Below are positions 18,183-30,300 of a DNA stretch of 64,000 bases, piece by piece. Location of the stretch: NCBI GenBank assembly GCA_002428665.1, contig DIXK01000018.1:23224-87223 (forward strand), read 5' to 3'. The notes under the pieces are model-generated. The model ran no database searches. It had not been told where the DNA came from and was given only the letters and a program-made list of their open reading frames with translations. The position numbers and the translations under genes are program-made. Within the stretch, counting starts at the first letter, position 1; every line of letters begins with the position of its first letter. This DNA is from Verrucomicrobia subdivision 3 bacterium UBA6082 (lineage in GTDB: Bacteria > Verrucomicrobiota > Verrucomicrobiia > Limisphaerales > UBA8199).

Positions 18183-18419
18183 CTAAACACCAAAGTGGCG
18201 TGGAGACCCTTCCGTTCTGGCGAGAAACGTGGTGTTTGCCCTCAAGGCTCATCACTGGGTTCGGGATCCAAACAAACGTCGCATAATCCAAAGTTTCGTC
18301 GATTGCGCAATCGCGCTAAGCAATTGATGCTATAGAGGTAGAAACCCGACGAAGCGCTGGCCTGGGGAAGGTCATCCAGCGCCGAGGGGTGAGAGCTACA
18401 CATTGAAAACCCATACGCC

Positions 18420-19484
18420 ATGGAGCCAAACCCAAGTTACACGTCACGGGTCCATTCGATGCGACGTATAAGGACGATGGTGGTTGGTCGCATTGGGGCC
18501 CGCCTCGCGTACCGCGCCACCGCGTGCCTCCTGGGCCTCTTGCTGGCGGCCTGCGGGAAGCAGGGTCCGGTCGAGGAGAAGCCGGCGGAGGTGCTAGCCA
18601 TGGTTGGCAGCCAGGGCATCACTCCTGAGACCTTTCGGGATGAACTTGCGCGGCGTGGGCGGCTGGCGCCTGAACGATACGCGGATTCCACGGGAAAAGC
18701 GGCTGTGTTGGAAGAGCTGATTCGGTCCGAGGCAGTCTATCAGAGAGCGTTGGCAGAGGGATACCACAATGATCCGCAGGTGGTCACGCGCCTCAAGCAA
18801 ATGATTGCGGCTCGATACCAGGAAGACCAAATGGCAAAGCAGCCGCACATTGGAGTCACCAAGGAGGAAATCGCGGACTATTACGACAGGAACCTGGATC
18901 GCTTTGGTAAACCAGCGAAGTCTCGTGTGGCTATGGTGGAGTTGAAGGTGGCGCGGACCGCAAGTGCCGAAAAGCGGGCCGAGATACGGCAGGCCATGGA
19001 ATTACTTCGCTCGCAGATAGTGGAGGCCCGAAGTGCGGAGGAGGTGTTTGCCAGGATCGCTCGTGATCACTCCGAGCACCAGGCGAGCCGGTATCGTGGC
19101 GGGGACATCGGTTGGTTGAGCGCAGGGGAAATCCCTGGCGGCTGGGAAGCGGCGATGGTGGAGGCAGCGCTCCGGCTGGAACAGGCTGGCGAGATTTCCC
19201 CAGTAGTCGAGACCCCCACGGCGTTTTACCTGGTGAGACTGACTGAACGACACCCTGCGAGCGTAAGGCCATTGGAAGAAGTTCGCGAGGGGATCGAATA
19301 TTTGATCACGCGACAAAAGGAACAGACGGCAATCGAAGTTTTTTTTGCCGAGCAGAAAAGGGGACTTCATATTTGGACCAATCAGGCGTTGCTGGAGTCG
19401 ATTCAAGCCCTTGAAGGAGACCATCCTCCTCCGGCACTGCCTGGGGGCTCGACGGCACAGACCTCTAATCAATACCAAAGATGA
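18420..19484 (+). CDS. Parvulin-type peptidyl-prolyl isomerase lipoprotein (SurA/PrsA-like)
   Basis: Lipobox LLGLLLAACGK. The PpiC domain reads HSEHQASRYRGGDIGWLSAGEIPGGWEAAMVEAALRLEQAGEISPVVETPTAFYLVRL. Alternative starts are at M14 and M20. Confidence 0.85.
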   Translation: MEPNPSYTSRVHSMRRIRTMVVGRIGARLAYRATACLLGLLLAACGKQGPVEEKPAEVLAMVGSQGITPETFRDELARRGRLAPERYADSTGKAAVLEELIRSEAVYQRALAEGYHNDPQVVTRLKQMIAARYQEDQMAKQPHIGVTKEEIADYYDRNLDRFGKPAKSRVAMVELKVARTASAEKRAEIRQAMELLRSQIVEARSAEEVFARIARDHSEHQASRYRGGDIGWLSAGEIPGGWEAAMVEAALRLEQAGEISPVVETPTAFYLVRLTERHPASVRPLEEVREGIEYLITRQKEQTAIEVFFAEQKRGLHIWTNQALLESIQALEGDHPPPALPGGSTAQTSNQYQR

Positions 19485-19515
19485 TTGTGGAAGATAAAAT
19501 CACGGGAGAAAAACC

Positions 19516-21327
19516 ATGAAGACAACAGGAACCTTTGCCTGTGGGCGATGCCAGAAGAGATGCCCGGTTGGAACTGGGACACGTAAGCCGGCTGCCGGCT
19601 TTCCGGCGATTCCGATTCTCTTGGGCATGCTGTGCAGCGTGTCGTTGCTGGCTCAAACGGCCACTCAGAGTTTCACCCTTAACCCGGGTTGGAACGCTGT
19701 TTACCTGGAAGTTGAGCCCGAGAACGTCGAGCCGTCGGTGGTATTCTCAAATGTCCCGGTCTCGAGTGTCTGGACGTGGGCTGATCGGCTGACCTCGGTG
19801 TCGTTCATCCAGGATCCTTCGGAAGCGAACTTCAACCGTGCCGGGTGGCTGGGATGGTATCCTCCTGGCCGGCCCGAGGCCTTTCTTTCGAACCTGCATT
19901 CTGTGCAAGCCCACCGGGCCTACCTCATCCGCTTGAATTCCGCGACCCCGATTACCTGGAATGTCAGTGGGCGGGTCATCCTGCGGCGCCCTGGTTGGGC
20001 GCCGGATTCGTATACGCTGCGAGGTTTTTCCTTAGATCAAGCGCAACCTCCCCGTTTTTTGGATTTTTTCCGCGCCGCCAAGGCGCACTACAACGAAACC
20101 CAAGGGGTCATGGAGAAGATCTATCGTCTGAATGCCTTGGGTCAGTGGGCCTTGGTGGGGCCGGGCGAGTCGATGAAACGTGGCGAGGCCTACTGGGTGT
20201 ACAGCAGGGGCGCTTCGGATTACGAAGCGCCGGTGGAGGTGCGTCTGCAGTATGGGACCACGGTGGATTTTGCGCCGGGTGTTGAAGATTTTGCCGTCGA
20301 GATTCGCAACCGGACAACTGCGGCCAAAACGGTGGTCGTCCGGATCAAAACGGCAACGGAACCGGCCGCACTGGCTTACCGGGTATTCCAGGCAGTGAAC
20401 GGGGGCTACCTCTGGCCAGATCTGCCGGCGAGCCATAGCATTTCCGTGGCGGAAGGAGAAAGTTACACGCTGCGTTTGGCTATTCGGCGGGGGCGGTTGT
20501 CGGTCGAGACCTACTCTGCCGTCTTGGAAGTCGCGGACGATGAGGGGACCTCGCATCTCATCCCGGTGACCGCATCAAAGCCGATGTCGGCCGCACTCAG
20601 AAAAGGGGCGCATCCACTGCAAGGCTTGTGGTTAGGCACGGTTTCCGTGAATGTGGTCAACGAGGTCAACTCACCCGATTCGGGTCAATTAACGCCCGTG
20701 CCGGCTCCGTTTCCTCTGCGGTTGTTGTTGCATGTGGATATGCAGGGTCAGACCCGGTTTCTCAAAGAGATCATCCAAATGTGGCGGGATGGCACCTACA
20801 CCAATGATTCCAGTGGTCACAAGGTGGTCGATCGTTCCGGTGAGTATGTCTTGCTGACCGATGACCGGCTGATTGGTCAGTTCAAGGGATCAACACTCAG
20901 GGACGGGGTTGCGGTGGGGCGGCGCATCAGCACTGCAGGCTTTGATTTTGATGGTGGTTCGGACAACTCGCTGAAGATGAACGGTGAGTTTGAGGTGGGG
21001 GGTGTCCTTAGCCTCACCATGGTACTGGATCCCAACTTCCCGACCAACCCCTTCCGGCACAAGTATCATCCCGACCACGATAATCTGGACGGGCGATTCG
21101 TGGCGCTAACGAACAACTTTGAAGCGTACACCGTCTCTCGAGAAATTCAGTTGGAGTTTACGGAAAACGATCCCGTTGGGGCGAGTTCCCCGGATTACGG
21201 TTACTCCGTAATGGCAGGCATCTACCGGGAAGTGCTGACTGGATTACACAAAGAGCCCATTCGATTGCAGGGCAACTTCAAACTTACCCGCGCGGTCTAT
21301 AGCGGCGAGCTGAATCCGAGTCCTTAG
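19516..21327 (+). CDS. Secreted 603-aa protein, no recognisable domain; first partner of the giant protein
   Basis: An ORF with a hydrophobic signal (IPILLGMLCSVSLLAQTA). It starts 31 nt after the PPIase gene and ends 28 nt before the giant gene. The composition is globular and beta-rich. It carries the motif FRHKYHPDHDNLD. Confidence 0.8.
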   Translation: MKTTGTFACGRCQKRCPVGTGTRKPAAGFPAIPILLGMLCSVSLLAQTATQSFTLNPGWNAVYLEVEPENVEPSVVFSNVPVSSVWTWADRLTSVSFIQDPSEANFNRAGWLGWYPPGRPEAFLSNLHSVQAHRAYLIRLNSATPITWNVSGRVILRRPGWAPDSYTLRGFSLDQAQPPRFLDFFRAAKAHYNETQGVMEKIYRLNALGQWALVGPGESMKRGEAYWVYSRGASDYEAPVEVRLQYGTTVDFAPGVEDFAVEIRNRTTAAKTVVVRIKTATEPAALAYRVFQAVNGGYLWPDLPASHSISVAEGESYTLRLAIRRGRLSVETYSAVLEVADDEGTSHLIPVTASKPMSAALRKGAHPLQGLWLGTVSVNVVNEVNSPDSGQLTPVPAPFPLRLLLHVDMQGQTRFLKEIIQMWRDGTYTNDSSGHKVVDRSGEYVLLTDDRLIGQFKGSTLRDGVAVGRRISTAGFDFDGGSDNSLKMNGEFEVGGVLSLTMVLDPNFPTNPFRHKYHPDHDNLDGRFVALTNNFEAYTVSREIQLEFTENDPVGASSPDYGYSVMAGIYREVLTGLHKEPIRLQGNFKLTRAVYSGELNPSP

Positions 21328-21355
21328 AAGTAAACAGCTTTATACTTGTCGAACC

Positions 21356-24300
21356 ATGAAAACGAATTTTCTATCGTACTGGGCGGCCTTTTGTTTGGCT
21401 GTGGCTGCAACCCCGGCTTTCTGTGGATCGCTGGTTTTTGATGGTGCCAGCGATTACCTGAACGTTCCGGATTCCAACACACTGGACCTGACTGGCGACT
21501 TTACCCTCGAGGTATGGGTTAAACTCAGACAAGTGAATCGGACCATTGGTGGGTTGGACTGGCAGTGCCTGTTTGCCAAGTCGGCCTACAATAGCAGCTA
21601 TGGCCTGATGCTTAACACCAGTTCCGTGGAAAAGACCCTGCGTTTCTATCATACGGGAGCGTCGCCGGCGATGACTGACTATTATTGGACCGACGTGGAA
21701 TCCAACCGTTGGTACCACGTTGCCGTGACGTTCCAGAGTGGCCGGGCTGCGATTTTCGTGGATGGCGAGTTACAAGTCGAAAACACACTCGTTACCGGGA
21801 CGGTGACCGCCAATAATGCGGCCTTGCTGATAGGTCGGTCGAGCACCGGAGGATATCCTTTTGATGGCCAATTGGACGAGGTTCGCATATGGAATGTTGC
21901 TCGCGCGGCCACTGAGATCCAAGCCGACTTGAGCCGCAGTCTGACTGGAACCGAATCGGGATTGGCAGCTTACTATCGATTTGACGAGGGCGCCGGCACC
22001 ATGGCCCATGACGCAACCCCCAACGGTAATAACGCAGCGTTGGTCAATGGACCGTTGTGGTCATGGGCTGGTTCGCCCGGTAGCGAACCTGCTGTTTTCA
22101 CGGAAGCCGCACGGGATGTTACGGCGAGCGCGGCGACTTTAGTTGGTGTGGTGGAATCCTCGGGGATGGAATCGAACGTTCGTTTTGAAATCGGTCCTGA
22201 ATCTCCATGTCTTTCATTTGATGGCAGCAGCCAGTATGTGCACGTCTCGGGGTTCGGAACAAACGCTCCGACCACCGAAGTTACTATAGAATTCTGGCAA
22301 AAAGTTGATGCTTTGCGCGACCAGTCGACCTTTGTATTGAACCCGGACGTAACAACCGGCAACCGCATCAACGCGCATGTTCCCTGGAGCAATGGAGAGG
22401 TCTACTGGGACTTTGGTGGTGGGCGTCTTAACTACCGCCCGCCCGTGTCGATTGTCGGTATGTGGCAGCATTTTGCTTTGGTGGCCAGCCAAACTGGGAA
22501 CTTCATGCGCATCTATCGCAATGGTGTCCTTGAGGCTCAAAAGACCGGAATGACTCCATTCACTCCAGGTAATTACGATTTGATGATTGGGGGCAAAGCT
22601 GGTTATCGATTTCAGGGCCAAATCGACGAATTTCGCATGTGGAAAACGGCCCGGACGACCGATGAGATCCGGACCAACATGTTTCGAGCAGTTTTGGCCG
22701 GCGACACAAATCTGGTCGGATACTGGAAGTTTGACGAAGGAAACGGCGTCCGGCTGACAGATTCGTCACCTGCGCAACGGGACGGCATCATCGTTAATAA
22801 TCCGAACTTTGAGATGTGGACGATGGCCAACCGGCCCAGCTATACAACCATCACGGAACCAGCCGAGGTCGAGGCTGCGGGCAACGTGCTTCACCTGGAC
22901 GGCATTAACGATTACGTGGAAGTGCCACCGGCGGTTTGGTTCAATGGAGACTTCACCGTTGAAGGCTGGATCAACCCACAAAGTCACGGCAGTTGGTACC
23001 GGCTTATTGATTTTGGCAATGGGCAGAACTCGGACAACATCCTGGTGGGCTGCTCCAGTGGGACTTCGGGGCGGCCGGCCTGTGAAATCAGGCGAGGCGG
23101 GACCATCGTCGGTGCAGTTGCGGCGACGCAACCCATTCCGCTTAATCGCTGGACGCACCTGGCGGCCACATTGCAGGGGACGGTCCTGACCCTGTATGTG
23201 AACGGGGCCGTGGCGGCAGTGAGTTCGAGCCAGGCACCGAACAATGTGGTGCGTTCGCGCAACTACCTCGGGCGCAGCAACTGGGCTGATGCCTATGCCA
23301 ACGCGTTGATGGATGAAGTTCGCATTTGGAGAGTGGCTCGATCCCGAGTGGAGATAGTGGAGGCGATGAACCAGCATTTGACTGGGGATGAGCCGGATCT
23401 GGGCGGATGCTGGAGCTTCGATGAAGCTGGAGGACTGACGGTTTTCGATTCCAGCACCAACGCCCAGCACGCCACCATGGCCAACGGTGCCGAACGATTG
23501 GCTGTTCGTGCGGTGTGCGCCACCTTGCCCCACCTCCAGACGGGCACCGCTTATCACTATCGCGTCCGGGTGACGTTGACCAACGGAGTGGAGTTGGTGG
23601 GAGAGGATCGAGGCTTCACGACGGTGAATTCGGCCGGAGGCAACGCCCTGGCACTGGACGGAGTGGACGATTTTGTGCGGGTTGGGGCCAACGTCATTCC
23701 CAGCAGCGGCGACTTTACGGTTGAAGCGTGGGCGTATTTGCCGGCTTTACCGTTGCCTCACAATTACCGCGAGGTTTTATCTCAAGGCACATCGGGCAAT
23801 GCGTTTTATCTGGGCTATTATAACGGGGATCGGTGTATTCGGGCCGGTGACGGCTGGGGTACGACCGGTGTGCCCTTCCCCTTGGGCGCCTGGGCTCACA
23901 TCGCCGTGGTAAAAACAAGTGGAAACACGTTGCTCTACACCAATGGTGTGCTAGCCCGCAGCAAGGGCAGCACCATCCCGAATCCGGTTGCAGTGGGCTT
24001 TTTCGACATCGGCCGCCAATACGGAGGTTACACAGAATTCTGGCCCGGGAAAATTGATGAGATCCGGGTTTGGAGCGTGGCGCGCGACGCCAGCCAGATC
24101 CTGCTGAACTTCAACCGGCATTTGACCGGGAATGAGGCCGGACTGGTGGGTCTTTACCAGTTTGACGAAGGAGCCGGGGACGTGGCTCTAGATGCTTCTC
24201 CCTCGCAAAACCACGGTTTGCTCTATGGTGGCGTTACCCGTTCGGATTCCCGGGCCAGTGTGGGATTGCCGGTGGGCAGCACCCTGGGAGCCACTCAGGT

Positions 24301-27300
24301 TACTGAGGATCGAGCGACGCTGAATGGGGCAATTACAACGGATGGCGCAGCCACCACCGTGTGGTTCGAGTGGGGTACGAATGTTCTGCTTTCAGAGACG
24401 ACCCAAAATGTGGGCGTGTATTACAACGTGGGCGGCAGTCTTGGCGGTCTGGGGGCCGTCAATTGGAACGGGTGGAATCCGTCCTCCGTTCGGCAATTTG
24501 CCTCAATGGATTTCGTGGATTATGGCTGGCCGGGAGGTCCTGGGGACTATTTCGCGACCAGAAACCATGCCAGTCTCTATCTTCCGCGGGATGGCACCTA
24601 TACCTTCTTTGTGGGGAGCGACGATGGATCTCAACTCTACATCGACGGCTACCTGGTGGTGAACAATGACGGTTTGCACGGGTATGGAGAGCGTGCAGGT
24701 TCCATATACCTGAAAGCAGGGGAACATTTCCTGGAAACGTTCTTCTTCGAAAACACAGGATACGCCAGGTTGCAGCTATATTATTCAGGTCCCGGAATTC
24801 CCAAGCAAAACATCGATCTGAGCGCGCTGAGAGAACCGGTGCCGGTGTTCGAGTGGCGCACGGCACCCCAGGTGGTTGTCACTGCGACCCAGGCCGTGAG
24901 CACGGCACTGAGTGAGCTCTGGCCCGGAACCCACTACTATCGCCTGGTCAGCGCCAACGCCCGCGGGACGAATTACGGAGCCCTCCAGGCGTTCGAAGTA
25001 TTGAACCCCTACTCATTGACAGCACTCAGTTTTGACGGGTTCAGCGATTATGTTCTAACCCCCAACCTGCGGTCCTATTTCACGAACGAGACGGTTACGA
25101 TCGAGGCATGGTTCAACGCGAATGGCCCAGGCATCATTATTGACGAACGAGGGCGGCAGGATCTCTCGGGTTGGGCGGATAGTCAGATTGAGATTGTATC
25201 CGTGGCGACGAATTCCGCCAAAGGCGAGGTTAAGATCCGGGTCTATAACCTGGTTCCCGGGGTTGGGTTGAGTCTGGGCACAGTCGATTTTGGCACCTGG
25301 AATCACGTCGTGTTGCGGTACGATAAAAGCACACTCAAACTCGACGGGTTTTTGAATGGGACACAATCCACAAACTACGCCATTGGGGATCGGAGCGCTC
25401 CCTGGGAATCGGGACACGGGCTGTTTTATGGAATTGGCCTTACCGATTCAACCCATCTGGGCAGTGGCGCGTATTTCAACGGCCTGATGGACGAAGTGCG
25501 GATCTGGAGCGTGGCACGAACCCAGCAGGACATCCTCGACAACTACACGCGGCGTTTGAGCAGCAATCAGGCCGGGCTGGTGGCTTACTATCGATTTGAT
25601 GATCGAACCGGTACGACGGCTGTCGATAGCAGCCCCAATGGCAATCATGCCACGCTGTTCACCTCGGTGAACGTGTTGGCTACGACGGGCAACGGACCGA
25701 CCTGGGTGCCCTCCAGCGTGTTGGCTAATCATCCTATAACGATCACGCTTCCCGCAATTCCCGTGCAAGCGAAGAGCGCCGCGTTGCATGGCTTGGTGAA
25801 TCCTTCAACCCGACCTACTTCGGCCCGTTTCGAGTGGGGCACCACAACGAACTACGGGAAATTCACGGCGTCGAGGAACGTTGGGGCGGGCATCAGCTTT
25901 GTGGCGTTCGACGAGGTTCTGGTGGGGCTGGATCCGGGCGTTTCGTATCACTATCGTCTGAGAGCTGGTAATGATGCGGGGCTATCGGTCGGGGAAGACC
26001 AAATGTTCACTACCCTGACGGTTGGAGTCGGCTGGCCCGTGGCGACAAAGGTTTCCCAGTGGGATAAGGCGTTCTCTCCGCGACATGCAGTTGATGGCGC
26101 TGGAAATGTCTATCTCGCGGGAGGGTTTTCGATACCGCCCGAGTCGATTGGCGGCCCGATCTATCCTGCTGGATCCACCAATGTGGCATTCGTGTCCAAA
26201 CTCAGCGCCCGGGGCGATTGGGCCTGGATGACAAACGCCTTTTCCGCTTCCAACAGCCTGGTCCAGATTCACGCCATTGCGGTAGACCGGGCAACCAACG
26301 TCTATGTGGCGGGCGAGTGCAATGGCACCAACCAGTTTGGAACGGTCGTGCTGTCATCCCCGTCGGGCTGCACCAATGGTTTCCTGGCAAAACTGGACCA
26401 CCTTGGGAATTGGTCGTGGGCCACCAGTTTTGGCGGGACGGGGTGCAGTGGCGCTCGCGGTGTGGCGATCGGAACGAATGGCAGCGTCTACCTGGCCGGG
26501 CAATTCTCCGGCACCCATCTGCAGTTTGGGACGAATACCTTCAGCGCTGTCGGCGGTGCTGACATTCTATTGGGAAAAGTGTCTGAACACGGTGAGTGGA
26601 TCTGGGTTAGGTCGGCCGGAACACCGGCCGACGGAGAGGCGGCTTGCGGAATCGCGGTGGATCCAACAGAACAGGTTTTCATCACCGGGCGGTTTAGCGG
26701 ATCAGGGGTATTCGGACTGAACTCGGCGGGTTTGGGGGATATGTTCGTAGCCCATTTTGACAGCGAAGGCAGTTTGCAGTATGCGCGGCGTGGCGGCGGA
26801 ACAGGCGAAGACGCGGGGACGGCGCTGACTGTGAACTCAGCGGGAAATGTGTTTGTGCTGGCCAGGTTCTTTGGCGCGGCAACCTACGATACCTCTCAAC
26901 TGCCAACCGCCACGGGTACGAATCTGGCTGTAATGCGGCTAAAGCCATCGCTGGGCATGGACTGGATCACGCCTGGACCTGCGGTCCGCGCAGACTCCAT
27001 CGCTCTGGATCGGATGGGTTATGCGTACGTGACGGGGGAGTATGAGCAGACCGTTCTGTTTGGTTCCATCACCCTCAGTTCAGCGGGTGGGACGGATCTT
27101 TTTGTGGGGCAAATGCCGACGGACGTATTGGGTACGGTAGGCACATGGAACTGGGTCAAATCTATCGGGGATCTGGGCTCGGAGGGGCGTGGCACGGTTG
27201 CGGTTGATTTTTCAGGGGACGTCCTGGTCTCGGGTAGTTTCCAGAATTCGCTGCAGATGGGCTACGTTTCGGTAAGTGTGCTTGCTGATCAGGATATCTT

Positions 27301-30300
27301 CGTAGCCCGGCTTCGAACCGATGGCAGCTATGAGCACAACACCTGGAGCGTTGGACAGGCAGTCCCCATTCCGGCCGAAGCGAAGGATCTTGACGATCGT
27401 CCCCTGGGCAAGCCCACCTGGATTATCCTGGATAAGATGGGGCAAACCGATGCCGATGCGATGAACTCTTTTGTCTGGTCCGAGGGCGATCAGCAACTAT
27501 ACCCGGTGCGCCGGGTGACTGCCCTCATCAAATGGCCTACCTCGGCGGGTGATACAAATGCCACGAAGGTGATCAGCGCGGTGGGGGATTGTGTTTGGCC
27601 GGAGAGCCCGCAAATCCACATTGCCGGGGCGCCGGTCGAACTGGATCCGCAGAACGTCGGGTTCCGCTTCAAATACCTCGGGCAGCCTTACAGCTCCAGC
27701 GCCGGTGCGGCGGTGGACGCGTCGACCCTGGTGTTCAACGCCACGCAGCCCGGGTATACGGTGCTGCAGTTCCTCCGCACCGAGGGCTACCAGCCTGACC
27801 CACTGACTCAACCCAGTGTATTCGAGGTCGTGCGAACCGTAGCCTGGAATGACGCGGTTTATCTCGCCAACGATTCGGCCGTGGTCGGAACGACCATCAC
27901 CGGCCCGAGGCCGATTAGTGGAGCGCCGGCCTGGTCGGGCCACAACGACCCCACCGGCAAGAACGGCTTCGTGCTTTTTGCGAACGCGCTTTATGACGGC
28001 TCCGGTCCGGATCGGGCATACGACCGAGCGACGCGCAATGGACCCATCATTCCAGTCAACAAAGTCAATCCGGCGACCAACGATGATCTGGTGGTGGTTT
28101 GGTATCACACCAACACGATCACCGGGGTTGCCTGGCCGGCCACGCCGGTGCGCTACCAGTTAGGCTGGCCTGAGAATCCGGAGAGGATCGTTATTGCCAG
28201 CCAGCTTGGTTTCGGTCCGGTTGACCCCGTGCGATACCCGGCGGCTCAGGTTTATCACCAACCGAATCCTGCTCAGCCGGGCTTTAATCCGAATGAAGAG
28301 CACGCGTTGCTGGTGGGGGAAACTCTTTATGCTTTGCGGGACGACCTCAATGAGCTGGTGCGGGCGTCGGCCCCCTATGTACTGCTGAAATATCGCAGTC
28401 CCTTTGACAACCGTTGGACCATAAAAGTCCTGAAGGTGGAGGCCGAGGATACAACTTATCGTTTCGACTACGCGGGTGTAGCCGGCGAAGAGATCCCAGC
28501 GCCGCGGCCGTTGCGTTTTATGAGCTTGTGCCGGGACAGCATTGGGAAATCCGGGCCGTATTACGAGGACTACAATGGCAAGCTTTATGCCCGAGCCGCC
28601 GGTCCTATGGACGACGCAACCAATATTGTGCTTCATTGGTTTTACCCCTTGCACCCGTCCTTCTTCTATGAACTTACCCGCCCGGGGTCAAACGATGTCC
28701 CGGTGGGTACCTGCATCCCGTGGCTGGACCGGCGCTTTGGCGGCACACCCGGCGTGCCGACCGACGTAACCTACCGGATTACCTGGCCGTCGCCGCCAGG
28801 ACTGGAAGTTGGCGAGAATCTGCTGAACCCAAAGCTGGGGCTGCCCGGCATCCGCAACTGGGCCAGCGCGGAGGTGATTTACGATCAGGTCAATGCGTAT
28901 GGCACCAACGCTTCGGACTCGCTGGTGAGGCTCTACGACCCGTTGAGTGAACGGGTGCTGCAACTCCGGCCCTCGGGAAGCCTTGATTTCGCAGTTCGGG
29001 GCGGATGGGACTTGTTGCGGGTGCCAGAGGCATTTAATCTGGTGGAGGGGCTCAACACCGCCAATATCAAAGGCAAGCTGGTGTTTGTGGATCTCCCGTA
29101 TTCATTGCGGTCACGGTTGAGCTACGATCCGCTCAACAAGAATCTGAGTTTCTTAGGACTCTTGAACGAAACCGCTGATTACGGCGGTCCCGACAATCCC
29201 TTGATTTTGGTCAACGTCATGACCGAGAGGGAGCGCGACCGAATCAAACGGCTCGATGGCGAACATCCTGTGGACGCTCAGACAGGGTTTGACGACGTTG
29301 TGGATGCCCTATTTCACCTGACAAGAAACCCGAACCGCCTGGATGTGGACCACGATGGGTCGCCGGACAAGGACTGGCTCATAGGACTGGCGTATGGCTA
29401 CGTTACCAATGTCCTGGATGGCATGGAGGTTGTCGTCACCAACATCGTGCATGAGCGCCTTGGCGATCGGGTGAAACTCCTGACGGCAGCTCCCGGGACT
29501 GGTAGTGGTTACGTCACCTTGGTGCAAAACAACGATCAACGGCTGGCCGGGCTCCCAGTAACACTGACCGTGCTTCGCATCGACGGAGGTCCTTACCGTG
29601 GCGATCTCAAGGTGCTGTTACCGGACAACGTGTTCGACGAGAAACTGACGTTGCGGCATAGCGCGGATTTTGGCGGGGTACCGGAACCTCTGGAGTTTGA
29701 GTGGTATTATCAGCCGGCGGGAGATACCTCGGTCCGAACGAATCTGCCTTACCTGGACAACGAGGCACTGGTCCTCAATGGCTGGACGTATTTCGGCGGT
29801 GGACACGGCATGAACGACATCACGATTGGTGACGGCGGGACCTCCAGCTTGCTGACTCTCTCGGACAACTATTTCGTTTGCCGCTATCGAGGCTATGCCA
29901 TCAACGGTGAGACCAACTGGAGTGACTGGGTAGGCGTCATTGGCGGCGGCGAGGCACAGCTGGCTCCCGGCTGGATTAAACGGGCGGTCCTGGGTCTCAA
30001 TCCCTTCGAAGCCCGTTCCAAGGACTTTCACGAGTCACCCACTGCCACCTACGCGAGCATGATCCAGCAGGCCGGGTCCCGTTACGAAGGTGACATCGCA
30101 TTTAATCCCAGTGCTGATAACCTGAACAGTATCGGCTTGATCTCCGCTTACGAGACGGTCCTGCGCCGCGGCCGGCGCCTGAGCATTGACAGTGTGGAAC
30201 AGATCAATGATTCTGCAGCGAACAATGCGCTGTTGTTGGCGGCCGGGCGGGTCGCGGAATTCTATATGCTGCTTGGCAATGAAGCCTATGCAGATGCGGC

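Noticed and set aside
18300-18313. Perfect 14-bp palindrome CGATTGCGCAATCG, 107 nt upstream of the PPIase/giant operon, as a candidate operator
   Set aside because: A 7+7 perfect palindrome is expected about 4 times by chance in 64 kb (64000/4^7), and there is no second copy. This is not compelling without binding data.
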